Assembly (NCBI GenBank): GCA_965226555.1
Contig: CBDDDG010000002.1
Location: 1 to 64,000, forward strand
Reading direction: 5' to 3'
DNA length: 64,000 bases
Source of the DNA: Salinispira sp.
Lineage (GTDB): Bacteria > Spirochaetota > Spirochaetia > DSM-27196 > Salinispiraceae
Position numbers and translations under genes: made by a program. Below the pieces are notes generated by a model, which had not been told where the DNA came from, ran no database searches, and saw only the letters and a list, made by a program, of their open reading frames with translations. Shown one piece after another: positions 9,501 to 19,071 of this stretch. Every line of letters begins with the position of its first letter. The first letter of the stretch is position 1.

Positions 9501-11020
9501 TTGCCGTTTGTTAATTGTCGTATGATATGGCTTGTACTGAGTCCGATACCGGAGTCGATTACCGTCCAGTTACTGCCGCCGCTTTCGCGATGCCGCAGAT
9601 GATACTCAACAACCGCGCTGCCGCCAGTGTCACTCGGCGCAGACCAGGAAACGGTAAGCTGAGTGTTCCCTTGTGTGATCGTGGGGGCATCCGGCGCTTC
9701 AGGTACTGCGGCGGGGGTTGCTGTCGCGCTGCCCGACCATGCGCCCCATCCTTGCGCGTTCTGTGCGCGCACCTGTACGGAATAGCTGTCGCCGTTGTCC
9801 AGTCCGGTAATGGGGTGGCTTGTGCCGCTGATGCCGGTGGTAATTTGCGTCCATGCCCCGCTGCCTCTGCGGTATTGCAGCTCATACCCGGTAACTGTGC
9901 TGCCGCCATTGTTGGTCGGCGCCGTCCATGCGGCTATAAGCCGACTGTTTCCCACGGTGAGCGTTGGTATGGCTGGCGCGGCAGGTACGGTTGCAGGGAT
10001 TGCTACGGCAGGTTCCGATGGGTTTCCCTCTCCCTGAGCATTGACAGCGTATACCTGTACTGCGTACTCGGTACCGTTTGTTAGGGGGGTGATAACATAA
10101 GATGTAGAGGTAATACCGGAAATGGTTTTTACCGTACTGTCTGTCCAGCTTCCTGCCGGAATGGCGGCGGTAACCGCGTGATATTGCAGTGCATAGGAGT
10201 CAACGGTACCGGACGGCGCAGTCCATGAGGCGGTAAGTTGCCCATTTCCCACTGCGAGCACGAGACCAGTCGGCACTAAGGGAACGTTAATGGGGGTTGC
10301 CGTGGTCGATGTTGACCATGCGCCAACTCCCGGGCCATTCCCCGCATCCTCAGTTACTGAATTCACGGCGCGCACCTGTACATAATATTCAATGCCGTTT
10401 GTTAGTTCCTCAATGGTGTGGCTTGTATCAGTAGCATCAGAATCGACAGACGGAGAAATCGTCCACTGTCCTTGCGGGCTGGAGGGGCGATACTGCACTT
10501 CATACCGAATAATAGCGTTTCCGCCATTGTCCGGCGCCGTCCATGTTGCGGTAAGTTGACTATTCCCCACTCTGAGGTCTGGAGCGCTCATCTTAGAGGG
10601 AACGGTGGCAGGGGTTATTCTTTCGCTCAATGGCGACCATTCACCCGCGCCATCGCTGTTCTCGGCGCGCACTTGCACGAAGTACGTGGCGCCGTTTGTT
10701 AATCCTCGTATAATATGGCGTGTATTGAGTCCGATACCGAAGTCAATGAGGGTCCATTTACTGGCGCCGTCCGCGCTATGGCGAAGGTGATACTCGGTAA
10801 TTGCGCTGCTGCCCGTATATTCCGGCGCAGCCCATGCAGCAGTTAGTTGCCCATTCCCCGCTTCAAGGGTTGGGGCAAGCATTACTCCTGGTGCGGTTTT
10901 TGTGGGGGGGGGGGGGGGGGGGGTGATATCATCTACGACCGGTATTGGACATCCGGCAAGTAATGCGATGAAAATTGTGCAGAATATGACAAGGCTTCCC
11001 TTACATAATTTGAAATTCAC
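6533..11020 (-). CDS. Large surface lipoprotein with 11 fibronectin type III domains and a C-terminal beta-propeller-like repeat region
   Basis: AGGAG RBS plus GTG at 11020; LLAGC lipobox; 11 copies of W.AP..GGS.IT.Y..GL.NG..Y.V.VRA.N..G; C-terminal repeats TTA.IGGTTYLFV.G..DDG. Confidence 0.9.
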   Translation of the reverse strand: MNFKLCKGSLVIFCTIFIALLAGCPIPVVDDITPPPPPPTKTAPGVMLAPTLEAGNGQLTAAWAAPEYTGSSAITEYHLRHSADGASKWTLIDFGIGLNTRHIIRGLTNGATYFVQVRAENSDGAGEWSPLSERITPATVPSKMSAPDLRVGNSQLTATWTAPDNGGNAIIRYEVQYRPSSPQGQWTISPSVDSDATDTSHTIEELTNGIEYYVQVRAVNSVTEDAGNGPGVGAWSTSTTATPINVPLVPTGLVLAVGNGQLTASWTAPSGTVDSYALQYHAVTAAIPAGSWTDSTVKTISGITSTSYVITPLTNGTEYAVQVYAVNAQGEGNPSEPAVAIPATVPAAPAIPTLTVGNSRLIAAWTAPTNNGGSTVTGYELQYRRGSGAWTQITTGISGTSHPITGLDNGDSYSVQVRAQNAQGWGAWSGSATATPAAVPEAPDAPTITQGNTQLTVSWSAPSDTGGSAVVEYHLRHRESGGSNWTVIDSGIGLSTSHIIRQLTNGNTYFVQVRAKNAQGEGTWSDSTSATPATVPGAPAKPTLAVDDTQLTASWSAPTNNGGSAVTGYDLQYRKGNSGAWTSITTGISGTSHPITGLDNGDSYSVQVRAKNAQGRGAWSGSATATPATVPGAPAKPTLTAGNGELEVSWTAPNDDGGSAITEYHLQYSDDGVDWLLIDSDISGTSHTITGLTNGTTYYVRVRAVNAVDPGLWSLAAEAIPVTVPKTMSAPTLTVGNARLTVRWTALTAPADTGGSAITAYHLRYRKGGVWSYITSGIGTNTNRIIYGLTNGSSYSVQVRAKNAVGEGGWSGSVIATPSTTPSTPNAPTLVPGNGRLTVSWTAPNNGGSPITAYHLSYRRVGTTPWTYITSGIGTNTSHTITGLTNGQEYEVDVRAKNARGESNWSQVAKATPSTVPLKPADPTVTPGDRRLTVNWSAPNDGGSAITGYDLQYRRGSGAWTPINSGISGTSHIITGLINGSGYSVQVRARNVRGNGAWSDSATATPAATPAKPNTPTVKVGNGKLKVSWTAPSNGGSAIRGYDMRYWSHGFQGYTYISTGPTTTSSTITGLVNGRSYSAQVRARNAIGWSAFSNLVVSQPLSILRNTVNIRDNSTIPLAGARAVTTAVVGGTTYLFVAGYDDDGVTVYRVNSGGTVTRVTYEVDDGADYGSGDTVELGGASGLTTAVIGGTTYLFVAGRTDDGFSAYQVLSSGNLVHKGRVTHDGRGGTKELDGAIDIKTFVLGSTTYVVVAGVDDDGFSTFRVSRAGNGNLTFTEISGDGRRTDGGGLHLDGAHAITTVWVRSNLYMYIAGYNDDGISGFKAVNNNGDWWNSDAGLPGRNYSDSSTWELDGAADLTTAVVGNTTYLYVAGAVDDGISVFDIHTAIGGYLTNRFNINDGSQGSKLDTANGLTTAKIGGTTYLFVTAKDDDSVNVFTANSNGSLTLVDLVSDNSTLELNGAYGATTAVVNGVTYLFVPGEEDNGFSVFAVDPTGVW
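10904..10923. repeat. G20 homopolymer inside the Fn3 gene (poly-Pro)
   Basis: 20 consecutive G, 8 codons after the lipobox Cys. Confidence 0.9.
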
Positions 11021-11087
11021 GATGTAACTCCTAACTGCCAGCATACCTATCTTATAACTGGAATAGTAATATATATTATAATAGAGC

Positions 11088-11160
11088 GTTTTGCAGAGCA
11101 AAATTTTATGTATGCAAAACATTCTATTAGTCCGAGATTGCTGCGCGGCAACAGTTCTCA
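11088..11160. repeat. Degenerate palindromic-family hairpins upstream of the Fn3 gene
   Basis: GTTTTGC-AGA-GCAAAATT and GAGATTGCTGC-GCG-GCAACAGTTCTC; the second resembles 23846-23872. Confidence 0.55.
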
Positions 11161-11224
11161 GAAAGTTTACGCATCATAGTAACACAGACAGAAAGACACT
11201 GTCAACAAAAAAAAGATAATTATC

Positions 11225-12476
11225 TGGGATATTAAGGTTTGAACAGACCCCACTTTGACCTATTATGCGATCATTTCTTCCGAGTGCCAAGCCCTCCATC
11301 GCTCAAGCGTCGGCCGTGTGAGCCGTTGCTCCATTATGATCGGCTTGAGCCGGAGAATATCACTATCCACATTGGTATTCCGCTGCCTCAAAAGATCCAG
11401 CGGAGTCCCTTTGCGGTAGGTGTTGAACCGCCGGTAATTGAAATCTATCTGATACTCCTCGGCTTCCTTAAGAAACTCATTGAGCTTTGGATTCATCACC
11501 TGACTGTAGAACTCATCCTCAATGAGCCGGTGCGAGGACTCGACAGAACTGTTCCATGTGCAATGCCCGGGCGGAATACGCCGATACTCGACACCCGCCT
11601 GTATGAGCGCCTGCTCAAACCCCGACGTTCGGGTCTTGCTCAGATGCCGAACGGTGAACTCTGCCCCGTTATCGGTCTGAACCGTTATGCCGTTGACAAG
11701 GTCTCCGCCGCGATTCCGCAGGTGCTCCAGCAGGTACTCGGCGAACAAGGTTGTTACCATACTGCTCTTCTCATTGGCGAAGGCGTACCACAGAGCCCCT
11801 GTCGCCCGATCCCGGGCGGTTATCTGGTACTTCGGAACGTCTAAACACTTCTGAGAAAACCGCATAGCGGGAATGTCCGTCAGATACTTGATATCAATCT
11901 GAATGCACTCGCCGAACTTCATCCTGTCGGTTACCTCCCGCAAATCTCTCTTGGGTAGCGCCTTCGGCTTCTTTGTTTTCCGCGCCCCTATCTGCTTTAG
12001 CGTCTTGATAATCGTCGGCAGGCTGTACTTCCCGCCAACTTCCGTCTGCAACTGCTTTTGCACCTGAGTTCCAATGATTTTGTTGTGATTCCGATTCTTG
12101 GTCTGGGCAAGACTCTCGAGATGACACCGGTGCCCGAATTTCATCTTCATCGGATGATTGGTCGTGCCCCGCTTTTTGTCTTCAAGCCCCTCGCCGGATT
12201 CAAAGCGCCGAACCCACCGCCGCACCGTGTTGCGCGACACCTCGAACTCCCGAGCAGCCGCCTTGATCGAATGCTCCTGGGCATACCGAACCATCCGCAA
12301 CCGCCAATCATACATCGAAGCCGCCTGATACTTCCGAGACTTGAGATGATACTGAGAATATGTGATACTACTGTTCACTGTTTCCCTCCTTTTATGTTTT
12401 ATACAACCCCCAGTGTATACGAATAACCTTCGTTTTACACTGGGGAGGAGGGGTCTGTCCAAAGGTTTATATCCCA
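11225..12476 (-). mobile_element. IS481-family insertion sequence
   Basis: Imperfect 27-bp TIRs TGGGATATTAAGGTTTGAACAGACCCC / TGGGATATAAACCTTTGGACAGACCCC; 15-bp direct repeat AAAAAGATAATTATC at 11210-11224 and 12477-12491. Confidence 0.88.
11263..12378 (-). CDS. IS481-like DDE transposase
   Basis: N-terminal HTH (IKAAAREFEVSRNTVRRW); QIDIK, QTDNGAEF and VESSHR DDE motifs; GTG start after AGGAGG. Confidence 0.9.
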   Translation of the reverse strand: MNSSITYSQYHLKSRKYQAASMYDWRLRMVRYAQEHSIKAAAREFEVSRNTVRRWVRRFESGEGLEDKKRGTTNHPMKMKFGHRCHLESLAQTKNRNHNKIIGTQVQKQLQTEVGGKYSLPTIIKTLKQIGARKTKKPKALPKRDLREVTDRMKFGECIQIDIKYLTDIPAMRFSQKCLDVPKYQITARDRATGALWYAFANEKSSMVTTLFAEYLLEHLRNRGGDLVNGITVQTDNGAEFTVRHLSKTRTSGFEQALIQAGVEYRRIPPGHCTWNSSVESSHRLIEDEFYSQVMNPKLNEFLKEAEEYQIDFNYRRFNTYRKGTPLDLLRQRNTNVDSDILRLKPIIMEQRLTRPTLERWRAWHSEEMIA

Positions 12477-12510
12477 AAAAAGATAATTATCGCTGCGCAA
12501 AGAGTACCAG

Positions 12511-13389
12511 TTAGCGGGGATGATATTTTTGGTGATATTGCTGTAAGGCATTCTTGTCGAGATGTGTGTAAATTTGCGTTGTGCTGATATCAGAATGTCC
12601 GAGAAGCGCCTGCACAGAACGGAGATCAGCCCCCCCTTCGAGGAGATGCGTGGCAAAACTATGCCTGAGTGTGTGAACCGTGGCAGACATTCCCGACTTT
12701 TCAATAAGTTCATGAAAGCGTTTCCACATTCCCTTGCGTGAAAGGCATCCGCCGAAGCGGTTCAAAAAAACACAACCGGCGCTGCGGGCAGGGTTATAGA
12801 GCTCCTTCCGACCTTCATTAAGGTAGCGTTCACACCAGTACAGGGCCTCGTCTCCCATGGGAACAATTCGTTCCTTGTTGCCCTTTCCCCGAATACGGAG
12901 CAGTTTTTCACTCATATACACCCGGTCAATGCTCAGGTCCACTGCCTCCGAAATACGCAGACCGCAGGAATATATGAGTTCAAACAGACATCGATCCCGC
13001 AGTCCAAGAGCCGAGTTCATATCTATGTGCTCAAAAATGAACTCAATTTCGTCAATGCCCAGCACTCCGGGCAGTCCATGGGAAATTTTAGGACTCTCCA
13101 GTGAAACACAGGGGTTGCCTGAGCACATATGTTCTTTTACAAGCCAGTCAAAAAATTGCCGCAGGGAACTAATAACTCGGGCAACTGTCCGTTCAGTAAT
13201 ACCAGCCTTCCGCCGAAAGAGAATGTAGTCCTGTATGCGCAGTTCATTGACCCGTGAAAGATCGGCGCCGTTCATCCACTCCAGAAACTGCCGAATTTCC
13301 CTGCCGTAGGTTGCTACCGTGCGGGCAGAAAGCTGAAGCTCATAGTGAAGATAACTGACAAACTGCTGTTCCCGATCTCCGTTATTCAT
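12511..13389 (-). CDS. xerD: Tyrosine recombinase XerD
   Basis: [56 protein letters not shown]. Confidence 0.92.
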   Translation of the reverse strand: MNNGDREQQFVSYLHYELQLSARTVATYGREIRQFLEWMNGADLSRVNELRIQDYILFRRKAGITERTVARVISSLRQFFDWLVKEHMCSGNPCVSLESPKISHGLPGVLGIDEIEFIFEHIDMNSALGLRDRCLFELIYSCGLRISEAVDLSIDRVYMSEKLLRIRGKGNKERIVPMGDEALYWCERYLNEGRKELYNPARSAGCVFLNRFGGCLSRKGMWKRFHELIEKSGMSATVHTLRHSFATHLLEGGADLRSVQALLGHSDISTTQIYTHLDKNALQQYHQKYHPR

Positions 13390-13395
13390 AGGGCC

Positions 13396-14610
13396 TTATT
13401 CATCGGTTTGCTTACGGCGGTAACGGTAATAGGCCGGTATATTCTGCTCGCTGCCCGGATAGGCATGTTCATCTCCCGAAAAACTAAACTCGCTCTGCTC
13501 GGCATCCGTTTGTCCCGACATTTTACTCCAATCGTTGAGGTTGATGTATGCGTTATCGTTTTTGCCCGGGGATCGTTCCGATTTGGGCTCAGGCTGATGC
13601 GATGGATGATCAAAACCGGTGGCAATGACTGTTACCCGGAGAGCGTCGCCAAGTTCATCGTTAACAGCCGTACCCGAAATAATCTGCGCATCTTCATCTG
13701 CATTCGCCGTTATAATACTCATAACCTCTTCAAACTCACTCAGAGCAAAATTACTGCCGCCGGTAACATTCACAAGCAGTCCCTTGGCTCCTTCAATGTT
13801 TGCATCTTCAAGCAGAGGATTGTTAATGGCATTCGTTGCGGCATCTACTGCCCTGTTCATGCCCGAACCGCTCCCGACACCCATAATAGCATCGCCGCGC
13901 CCCTTCATAATGGTGCGTACATCCGCAAAATCGATATTGATATCTCCTGATATGGTAATAAGATCGGATATTCCCTGCACCCCCTGACGAAGAACATCGT
14001 CGGCAACCAGAAAGGCTTCACGGATCGGCGTATCCTTTTCCACAATGTTCAGAAGATGCTGATTCGGAATGGTGATGAGCGTATCGACCTGCTTACGCAG
14101 TTTGCTAATTCCGTCTTCGGCCAGTTTCTGCTTCCGTTCTCCTTCAAAATTGAAGGGTTTGGTAACAACCGCAACGGTCAATATGCCGAGTTCCTTGGAT
14201 ATGGCTGCGGTAATGGGCGCAGCGCCGGTGCCCGTACCGCCTCCCATTCCTGCGGTTACAAAAACCATGTCGGAACCGGCGAGTAAGGCCTTTATTGCAT
14301 CGGCATCTTCCAGCGCCGCCTTCTCTCCCACATCCGGATTACCGCCCGCCCCCAGACCGCCGGTCAATTTTTTCCCAAGCGCTATACGCTCAGTCGCAAA
14401 ACTGTCCTGCAGAGCCTGCTGATCGGTATTCATGGCAATAAATTTGACATTCTGCAAACCACTGCTGATCATCCTGTTAACAGCGTTACTTCCTCCGCCT
14501 CCAACTCCCACAACAGTAATAACTGTAAGCGCTGTTGAATTCTGCGGGGCAGAATACCGTTCAGCCCGATCGGGATATTCGTCCTGTTCATCAATAATTC
14601 GAAGTTTCAT
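13396..14610 (-). CDS. ftsZ: Cell division protein FtsZ
   Basis: [19 protein letters not shown] and NIDFADV signatures. Confidence 0.98.
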   Translation of the reverse strand: MKLRIIDEQDEYPDRAERYSAPQNSTALTVITVVGVGGGGSNAVNRMISSGLQNVKFIAMNTDQQALQDSFATERIALGKKLTGGLGAGGNPDVGEKAALEDADAIKALLAGSDMVFVTAGMGGGTGTGAAPITAAISKELGILTVAVVTKPFNFEGERKQKLAEDGISKLRKQVDTLITIPNQHLLNIVEKDTPIREAFLVADDVLRQGVQGISDLITISGDINIDFADVRTIMKGRGDAIMGVGSGSGMNRAVDAATNAINNPLLEDANIEGAKGLLVNVTGGSNFALSEFEEVMSIITANADEDAQIISGTAVNDELGDALRVTVIATGFDHPSHQPEPKSERSPGKNDNAYINLNDWSKMSGQTDAEQSEFSFSGDEHAYPGSEQNIPAYYRYRRKQTDE

Positions 14611-14654
14611 GCCCCCTCCTTTTTTGGCTCGTTTTTTGGCTCGTTTTTTGGTCT

Positions 14655-14700
14655 ACTCGAAAATTGTGCTCTGCACAATTTCCAGTAGCAAAACTTTCTA
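14655..14700. repeat. Palindromic-family element overlapping the ftsA stop codon
   Basis: GAAAATTGTGC-TCT-GCACAATTTCC-AGTA-GCAAAACTTTCTA. Confidence 0.88.
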
Positions 14701-15930
14701 TTCGAAAAAATTCCGCAACCAATTTCTCACTTTTCCGGTTTTCTTTGTTCGCGGTTCTTTTGTTCTTTCAACCAATGTGTTTTCAGCTCCGCGCAGTACT
14801 AAGCCATAGGCTGCAGCCCGGTCGGGCCGACAGACCTCCTGGGTTAAACCCTTCACTCCCAGAGGTTCGGCAATTCTTCCCGAACTATGAAAAATCATCT
14901 GCGCCAGTTCGGCTGTACCCGGCAGCATGGCCCCTCCGCCGCAGAGAACCACTCCGCCCAGGGCCGGCCAGTTTCTGAAGCCGCCTTCATTTTCAACCCG
15001 ATGTTTAACAATTTCAAAAATCTCTGTCATCCGGGGTTCAATGTACGTGCACAGGGTCATCTGATCGGTAGCAACCGGAGGACGTCCGGCAATTCCGGGC
15101 ACAATAACCTGCGTATTCATCTCCCGCAGAACCGATGCGTGAGCAAATCCGTTGTGCATCTTAATTTGTTCAGCAAGCTCAAGAGATGTTTTAAGAATAA
15201 TGGACAGATCTGAGGTAACATCCCCTCCCCCCAGAGGAAGTACTGCTGTGTAGTGGGGAGCGCCGTTGAGATAGAGGATGACATCGGTCGTTCCGCCGCC
15301 AATGTTGATAAACAGGGTGCCAATTTCTTTTTCTTCAGGAGTCAATGCGGCTTCAACTGCGGCCAGACCCTCATACATCATCTCTGAAACCCTGAATCCT
15401 GCCCTGTTAATACACTTTACAAGATTCTGGGCTGCCGTTACCAGCGCTGTTATGAGATGCACCTCTGCCTCAAGCCGTACACCAATCATATCGCGGGGGT
15501 CTTTCACGCCGCGTTGATCATCTACCAGATATTCCTGCGGCAGGAGATGAATAATTTCCCGATCCATGGGAAGCACCACCGCCTGAGCAGCCTCCATTAC
15601 CCTATTAACATCGTTCTGGGTAATCTCCCTGCCCTTACTGTTTACTGCAACCACGCCCCGGGAGTTCAAACCCTCAATGTGGGTACCGGAAATACCGACA
15701 GTGGCTGTTTCCACCTTCCTGCCCGCCATCTGTTCGGCCTTTTCTATGGCCTCAAGAACCTTCTGTTGAGTAAGCTCAATGTTAATAACAACGCCCTTTC
15801 GCAGGCCGCTGGAGAAACTTTCTCCCACACCGAGAATTTCAATTTCGTTTCTATCATTCCGTTCACCGATCATGGCACATATCTGAGAAGTGCCAATGTC
15901 AAGACCGGTAATTATGTCACCGCGGGCCAT
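14698..15930 (-). CDS. ftsA: Cell division protein FtsA
   Basis: GLDIGTS, GLRKGVVINI, IGGGTTD, GVVLCGGG. Confidence 0.97.
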   Translation of the reverse strand: MARGDIITGLDIGTSQICAMIGERNDRNEIEILGVGESFSSGLRKGVVINIELTQQKVLEAIEKAEQMAGRKVETATVGISGTHIEGLNSRGVVAVNSKGREITQNDVNRVMEAAQAVVLPMDREIIHLLPQEYLVDDQRGVKDPRDMIGVRLEAEVHLITALVTAAQNLVKCINRAGFRVSEMMYEGLAAVEAALTPEEKEIGTLFINIGGGTTDVILYLNGAPHYTAVLPLGGGDVTSDLSIILKTSLELAEQIKMHNGFAHASVLREMNTQVIVPGIAGRPPVATDQMTLCTYIEPRMTEIFEIVKHRVENEGGFRNWPALGGVVLCGGGAMLPGTAELAQMIFHSSGRIAEPLGVKGLTQEVCRPDRAAAYGLVLRGAENTLVERTKEPRTKKTGKVRNWLRNFFE

Positions 15931-16786
15931 TCCCCCCCCCTCTGTTATATACTACATCACCGGCTCGAAAATCAATCTCTGTAATATCTTCCATTCCCTG
16001 TTCCTGCAACACCTCCAGTATCTTCAAAATATACAGCCCCTGCGCGCGGTCAAGACCGGCTGCCGCCCTCACCCGCACAGGAATGTGTATGGGAATAAGT
16101 ACCCATTCATACACTCCCTCGTATACCTCATCTATATAAAATTCCGAAAATGCGCGAAGGAGATCATCGCTGCTCAAACTGCGGATATCTTCCAACATGG
16201 GGGCATAGGATCTATGAACCTGCGCTCCGAGTTCCGGGGCATCGAAGGAAATACCCTGAACAATCGGAAGGTTCCAGTCATCAATTTCATAGCCGATCCG
16301 ATAAATAACTCCCTCATCATCTATAAGAACCGGAAAACGGACATCGCCGTAGGCGACCATGAGAATGCACAGAGGCTCCCGTCCATAGACGGTGATATTG
16401 AGGGTGTCGGGAAATACGCGGCGAACCGATGCGGCCTTAATGTCAGGATTGCCGATGAGATTTTTGTAAATGTCCTGCTCACGAACAAGATGAAACAACT
16501 CTCCAATGTGTATACCGCCGCGTTCCGTTATATCTGCGATAGTCAGATCCATGTCGGTCGTCAGTGTGATATGACGGAGAGCTATACGGGGCGCAATAAA
16601 AAAATAAAACAGGAGCTGCCCAATAAGAAGCAGAATGAGCCCCCCAATGAGAATAGAAATGCACAGGCGAATTACCTTCCCATGGTTTTTCTTCTGCCCC
16701 TCATTGAGACCTTCGTTGAGGTCCTCGTTAAAATGCTCGTTGAGGCGCGGCGAAATAACATGCTGATTTTCGAGTAATTCAGACAT
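15917..16786 (-). CDS. ftsQ: Cell division protein FtsQ/DivIB
   Basis: Single TM segment, POTRA motif VRRVFPDTLNI, C-terminal IDFR; between ftsW and ftsA. Confidence 0.85.
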   Translation of the reverse strand: MSELLENQHVISPRLNEHFNEDLNEGLNEGQKKNHGKVIRLCISILIGGLILLLIGQLLFYFFIAPRIALRHITLTTDMDLTIADITERGGIHIGELFHLVREQDIYKNLIGNPDIKAASVRRVFPDTLNITVYGREPLCILMVAYGDVRFPVLIDDEGVIYRIGYEIDDWNLPIVQGISFDAPELGAQVHRSYAPMLEDIRSLSSDDLLRAFSEFYIDEVYEGVYEWVLIPIHIPVRVRAAAGLDRAQGLYILKILEVLQEQGMEDITEIDFRAGDVVYNRGGGNGPR

Positions 16787-17984
16787 TGCTATTCCCTCCC
16801 GCATTTCCCGCATTTCCCGCATTTCTCTCAGTATCGGAATTGTCGGTGGAATCCGATGGGACTGTTGGGGGAGTGTTGCGGGAAACATTGACCAGCAGGC
16901 CGCAGAGAATCATGCTTATTAAAAGATGCGACCCCCCAGCCGCGAAAAACGGCATGGGAATGCCTGTTGCCGGAGCCATACCGGAAATTACCGCCATATT
17001 TATTCCCGCCTGCACCGTTAGCAGCGCGGTAATGCCGTAGGCCAGCAGACCGAAAAAGGTATTGCGCTGCCGGAGCGCAAGCGAAAACCCCCGCCATGCC
17101 AAAAGGACAAAGAGCGCCAGCACCCCCAAAATGCCGATAAACCCCAGTTCCTCACCCAGAACCGCAAAAACAAAATCCGACTGGGCCTCAGGCAGACCGC
17201 CGAGTTTCTGAACACCCTTGCCGATACCCATGCCCCAGAGCTTGCCATTCCGAAGAGCCGTGAGCGATGCAAGAACCTGATACCCGGCGCCGCTCGGATC
17301 CCTCCCCGGTTCCAGAAAGGAAATAACACGTATGACCCTATGCTCCCGGCTGAAAAGAAGAATGATACCAAGCGGAATAAGCACCGATGTGAGCGCTGCA
17401 AAGTACTTTATTTTCACTCCGGCAATAAAAAACATGCTAATGGTAATAAAACCGATGAGCACTGCGGAAGAAAAATCGTTCTGAAGATATATGAAGGAGA
17501 TAAAAACCATAACAACAATTGTTGCCGGCAGAAGATTGTTTAATATGTCATCCAGATTTTCCTGCTTTCTGTCCAGTATGTGCGCGAGATAGAGAATGAG
17601 CGCAAGCTTTGCAAACTCTGTTGGTTGAAAGGTATACCCGCCAAACTGTATTTGCCGGCGAGCGCCGAGATATTCAACCCCAATTCCCGGAATAAAGGTG
17701 AGAACCATCAGACAAAAGGAAAGCAACAGAAAGGGAGGAACACACTTCCGCAGATGCTCCAAGGGGAAAACGGCAGCCGCAGCGGCTATAAGAATCCCCA
17801 GCAGGGCATAGAGCACCTGGTTCCGCAGAAAATAGAAGGAGTCGGAAAAAAGGAGATCCGCACGGTAATAGGAGGCGGAGAAAAGCATAACAAGCCCCAT
17901 GCCAAGTAGGAGAATGAGAGTAAAAATTAGCATTTTGTCCGAATACTTCTGCTTCTTTGGCAGACTGCGAATCGCAAAACTCAT
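16779..17984 (-). CDS. ftsW: SEDS peptidoglycan polymerase FtsW
   Basis: FQPTEFAK, LPEAQSDFVFAVLGEELG, PATGIPMPF. Confidence 0.95.
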   Translation of the reverse strand: MSFAIRSLPKKQKYSDKMLIFTLILLLGMGLVMLFSASYYRADLLFSDSFYFLRNQVLYALLGILIAAAAAVFPLEHLRKCVPPFLLLSFCLMVLTFIPGIGVEYLGARRQIQFGGYTFQPTEFAKLALILYLAHILDRKQENLDDILNNLLPATIVVMVFISFIYLQNDFSSAVLIGFITISMFFIAGVKIKYFAALTSVLIPLGIILLFSREHRVIRVISFLEPGRDPSGAGYQVLASLTALRNGKLWGMGIGKGVQKLGGLPEAQSDFVFAVLGEELGFIGILGVLALFVLLAWRGFSLALRQRNTFFGLLAYGITALLTVQAGINMAVISGMAPATGIPMPFFAAGGSHLLISMILCGLLVNVSRNTPPTVPSDSTDNSDTERNAGNAGNAGGNSNV

Positions 17985-17991
17985 GTTCCCC

Positions 17992-19071
17992 CTATTGCAG
18001 CTTCAGCGTTGACAGACCGAGGATGGCAAAGAGCCCCCCCAGTATCCAGAAACGCTGTACCACCTTTGTTTCATTCCAGCCCTTCAATTCAAAATGATGA
18101 TGAAGGGGAGCCATAAGAAAGACCCGTTTCTGCCGCAGTTTATAGCTCAGAACCTGAACAATGACCGAAAGCGTCTCAAGCACAAAGACCCCGCCGACTA
18201 TGAGCAGCAGAAGTTCTTTTTTTATCATAATGGCAATAACGCCAATGGTTCCTCCCAGCATGAGGCTTCCGGTATCTCCCATAAATACCTCTGCGGGCCT
18301 GCTGTTATACCAGAGAAAGCCGATGCTTGCCCCGACCATGGCAAGCGCAAGTATGGTAATTTCTCCCGAGCCCGGCAGGTAGGGGATGGCTAAATACTGT
18401 GAAAAATCAATTCTTCCGGTGAGGTAGGCAATGCCGCCAAAGGTGAGACCTGCCATAATAATGAGCCCTGCGGCAAGACCATCTAAACCATCAGTTAAAT
18501 TAACCGCATTTGTGAATCCCATAAGCCAGAAAATTCCGAGCGGAATGAACAAGGCCCCCATGTCGAGGATCGGGGTTTTGATCATGGGAATGTACAAAAG
18601 GGTCGTAAATTCATTTCGGTTGATGTAAAGAATGATTATGATGGCTGTACTCACCAGAAACTGACCAGCCAGTTTTATATGAGTAGGCAAACCATTCTTT
18701 TTCCCTTGATACACTTTGATGTAATCATCAATAAACCCAACCGCGCCAAAACCGAGAATTGCCAACAGGCTCACCCAGGTATAGAGGTTCGCAGGATCCA
18801 TCCAGAGAAAGACCGAGAGCGCCGTGGAAAAGATAATGAGAATACCGCCCATGGTCGGTGTGCCCAATTTTTCGAGGTGAGATGGCGGGCCATCGCTGCG
18901 AATTCTCTCGCTAATGTGAAATTTGTTCAGCCAGGCAATAATGTGCTTACCGAATATGAAGGTAATGAGCATGCTGGTAACCGCCGCGTAGGCAGCCCGA
19001 AAAGTGAGGTACTGAAAAACATTGAATGGGGTAAAAACCTGCACATACCGGGCAAAAAATTCCTTAAGCAT
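17992..19071 (-). CDS. mraY: Phospho-N-acetylmuramoyl-pentapeptide transferase
   Basis: GTPTMGG, NAVNLTDGLDGL, FMGDTGS, MAPLHHHFE. Confidence 0.97.
   Translation of the reverse strand: MLKEFFARYVQVFTPFNVFQYLTFRAAYAAVTSMLITFIFGKHIIAWLNKFHISERIRSDGPPSHLEKLGTPTMGGILIIFSTALSVFLWMDPANLYTWVSLLAILGFGAVGFIDDYIKVYQGKKNGLPTHIKLAGQFLVSTAIIIILYINRNEFTTLLYIPMIKTPILDMGALFIPLGIFWLMGFTNAVNLTDGLDGLAAGLIIMAGLTFGGIAYLTGRIDFSQYLAIPYLPGSGEITILALAMVGASIGFLWYNSRPAEVFMGDTGSLMLGGTIGVIAIMIKKELLLLIVGGVFVLETLSVIVQVLSYKLRQKRVFLMAPLHHHFELKGWNETKVVQRFWILGGLFAILGLSTLKLQ

Noticed and set aside
1291..13389. Prophage or integrative element bounded by two tyrosine recombinases
   Set aside because: Both look like chromosomal XerC/XerD in their usual spirochaete context; no phage or conjugation genes
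15932..15940. C9 tract as a phase-variation switch
   Set aside because: It lies in the last codons of ftsQ and the ftsA RBS; slippage would have little coding effect
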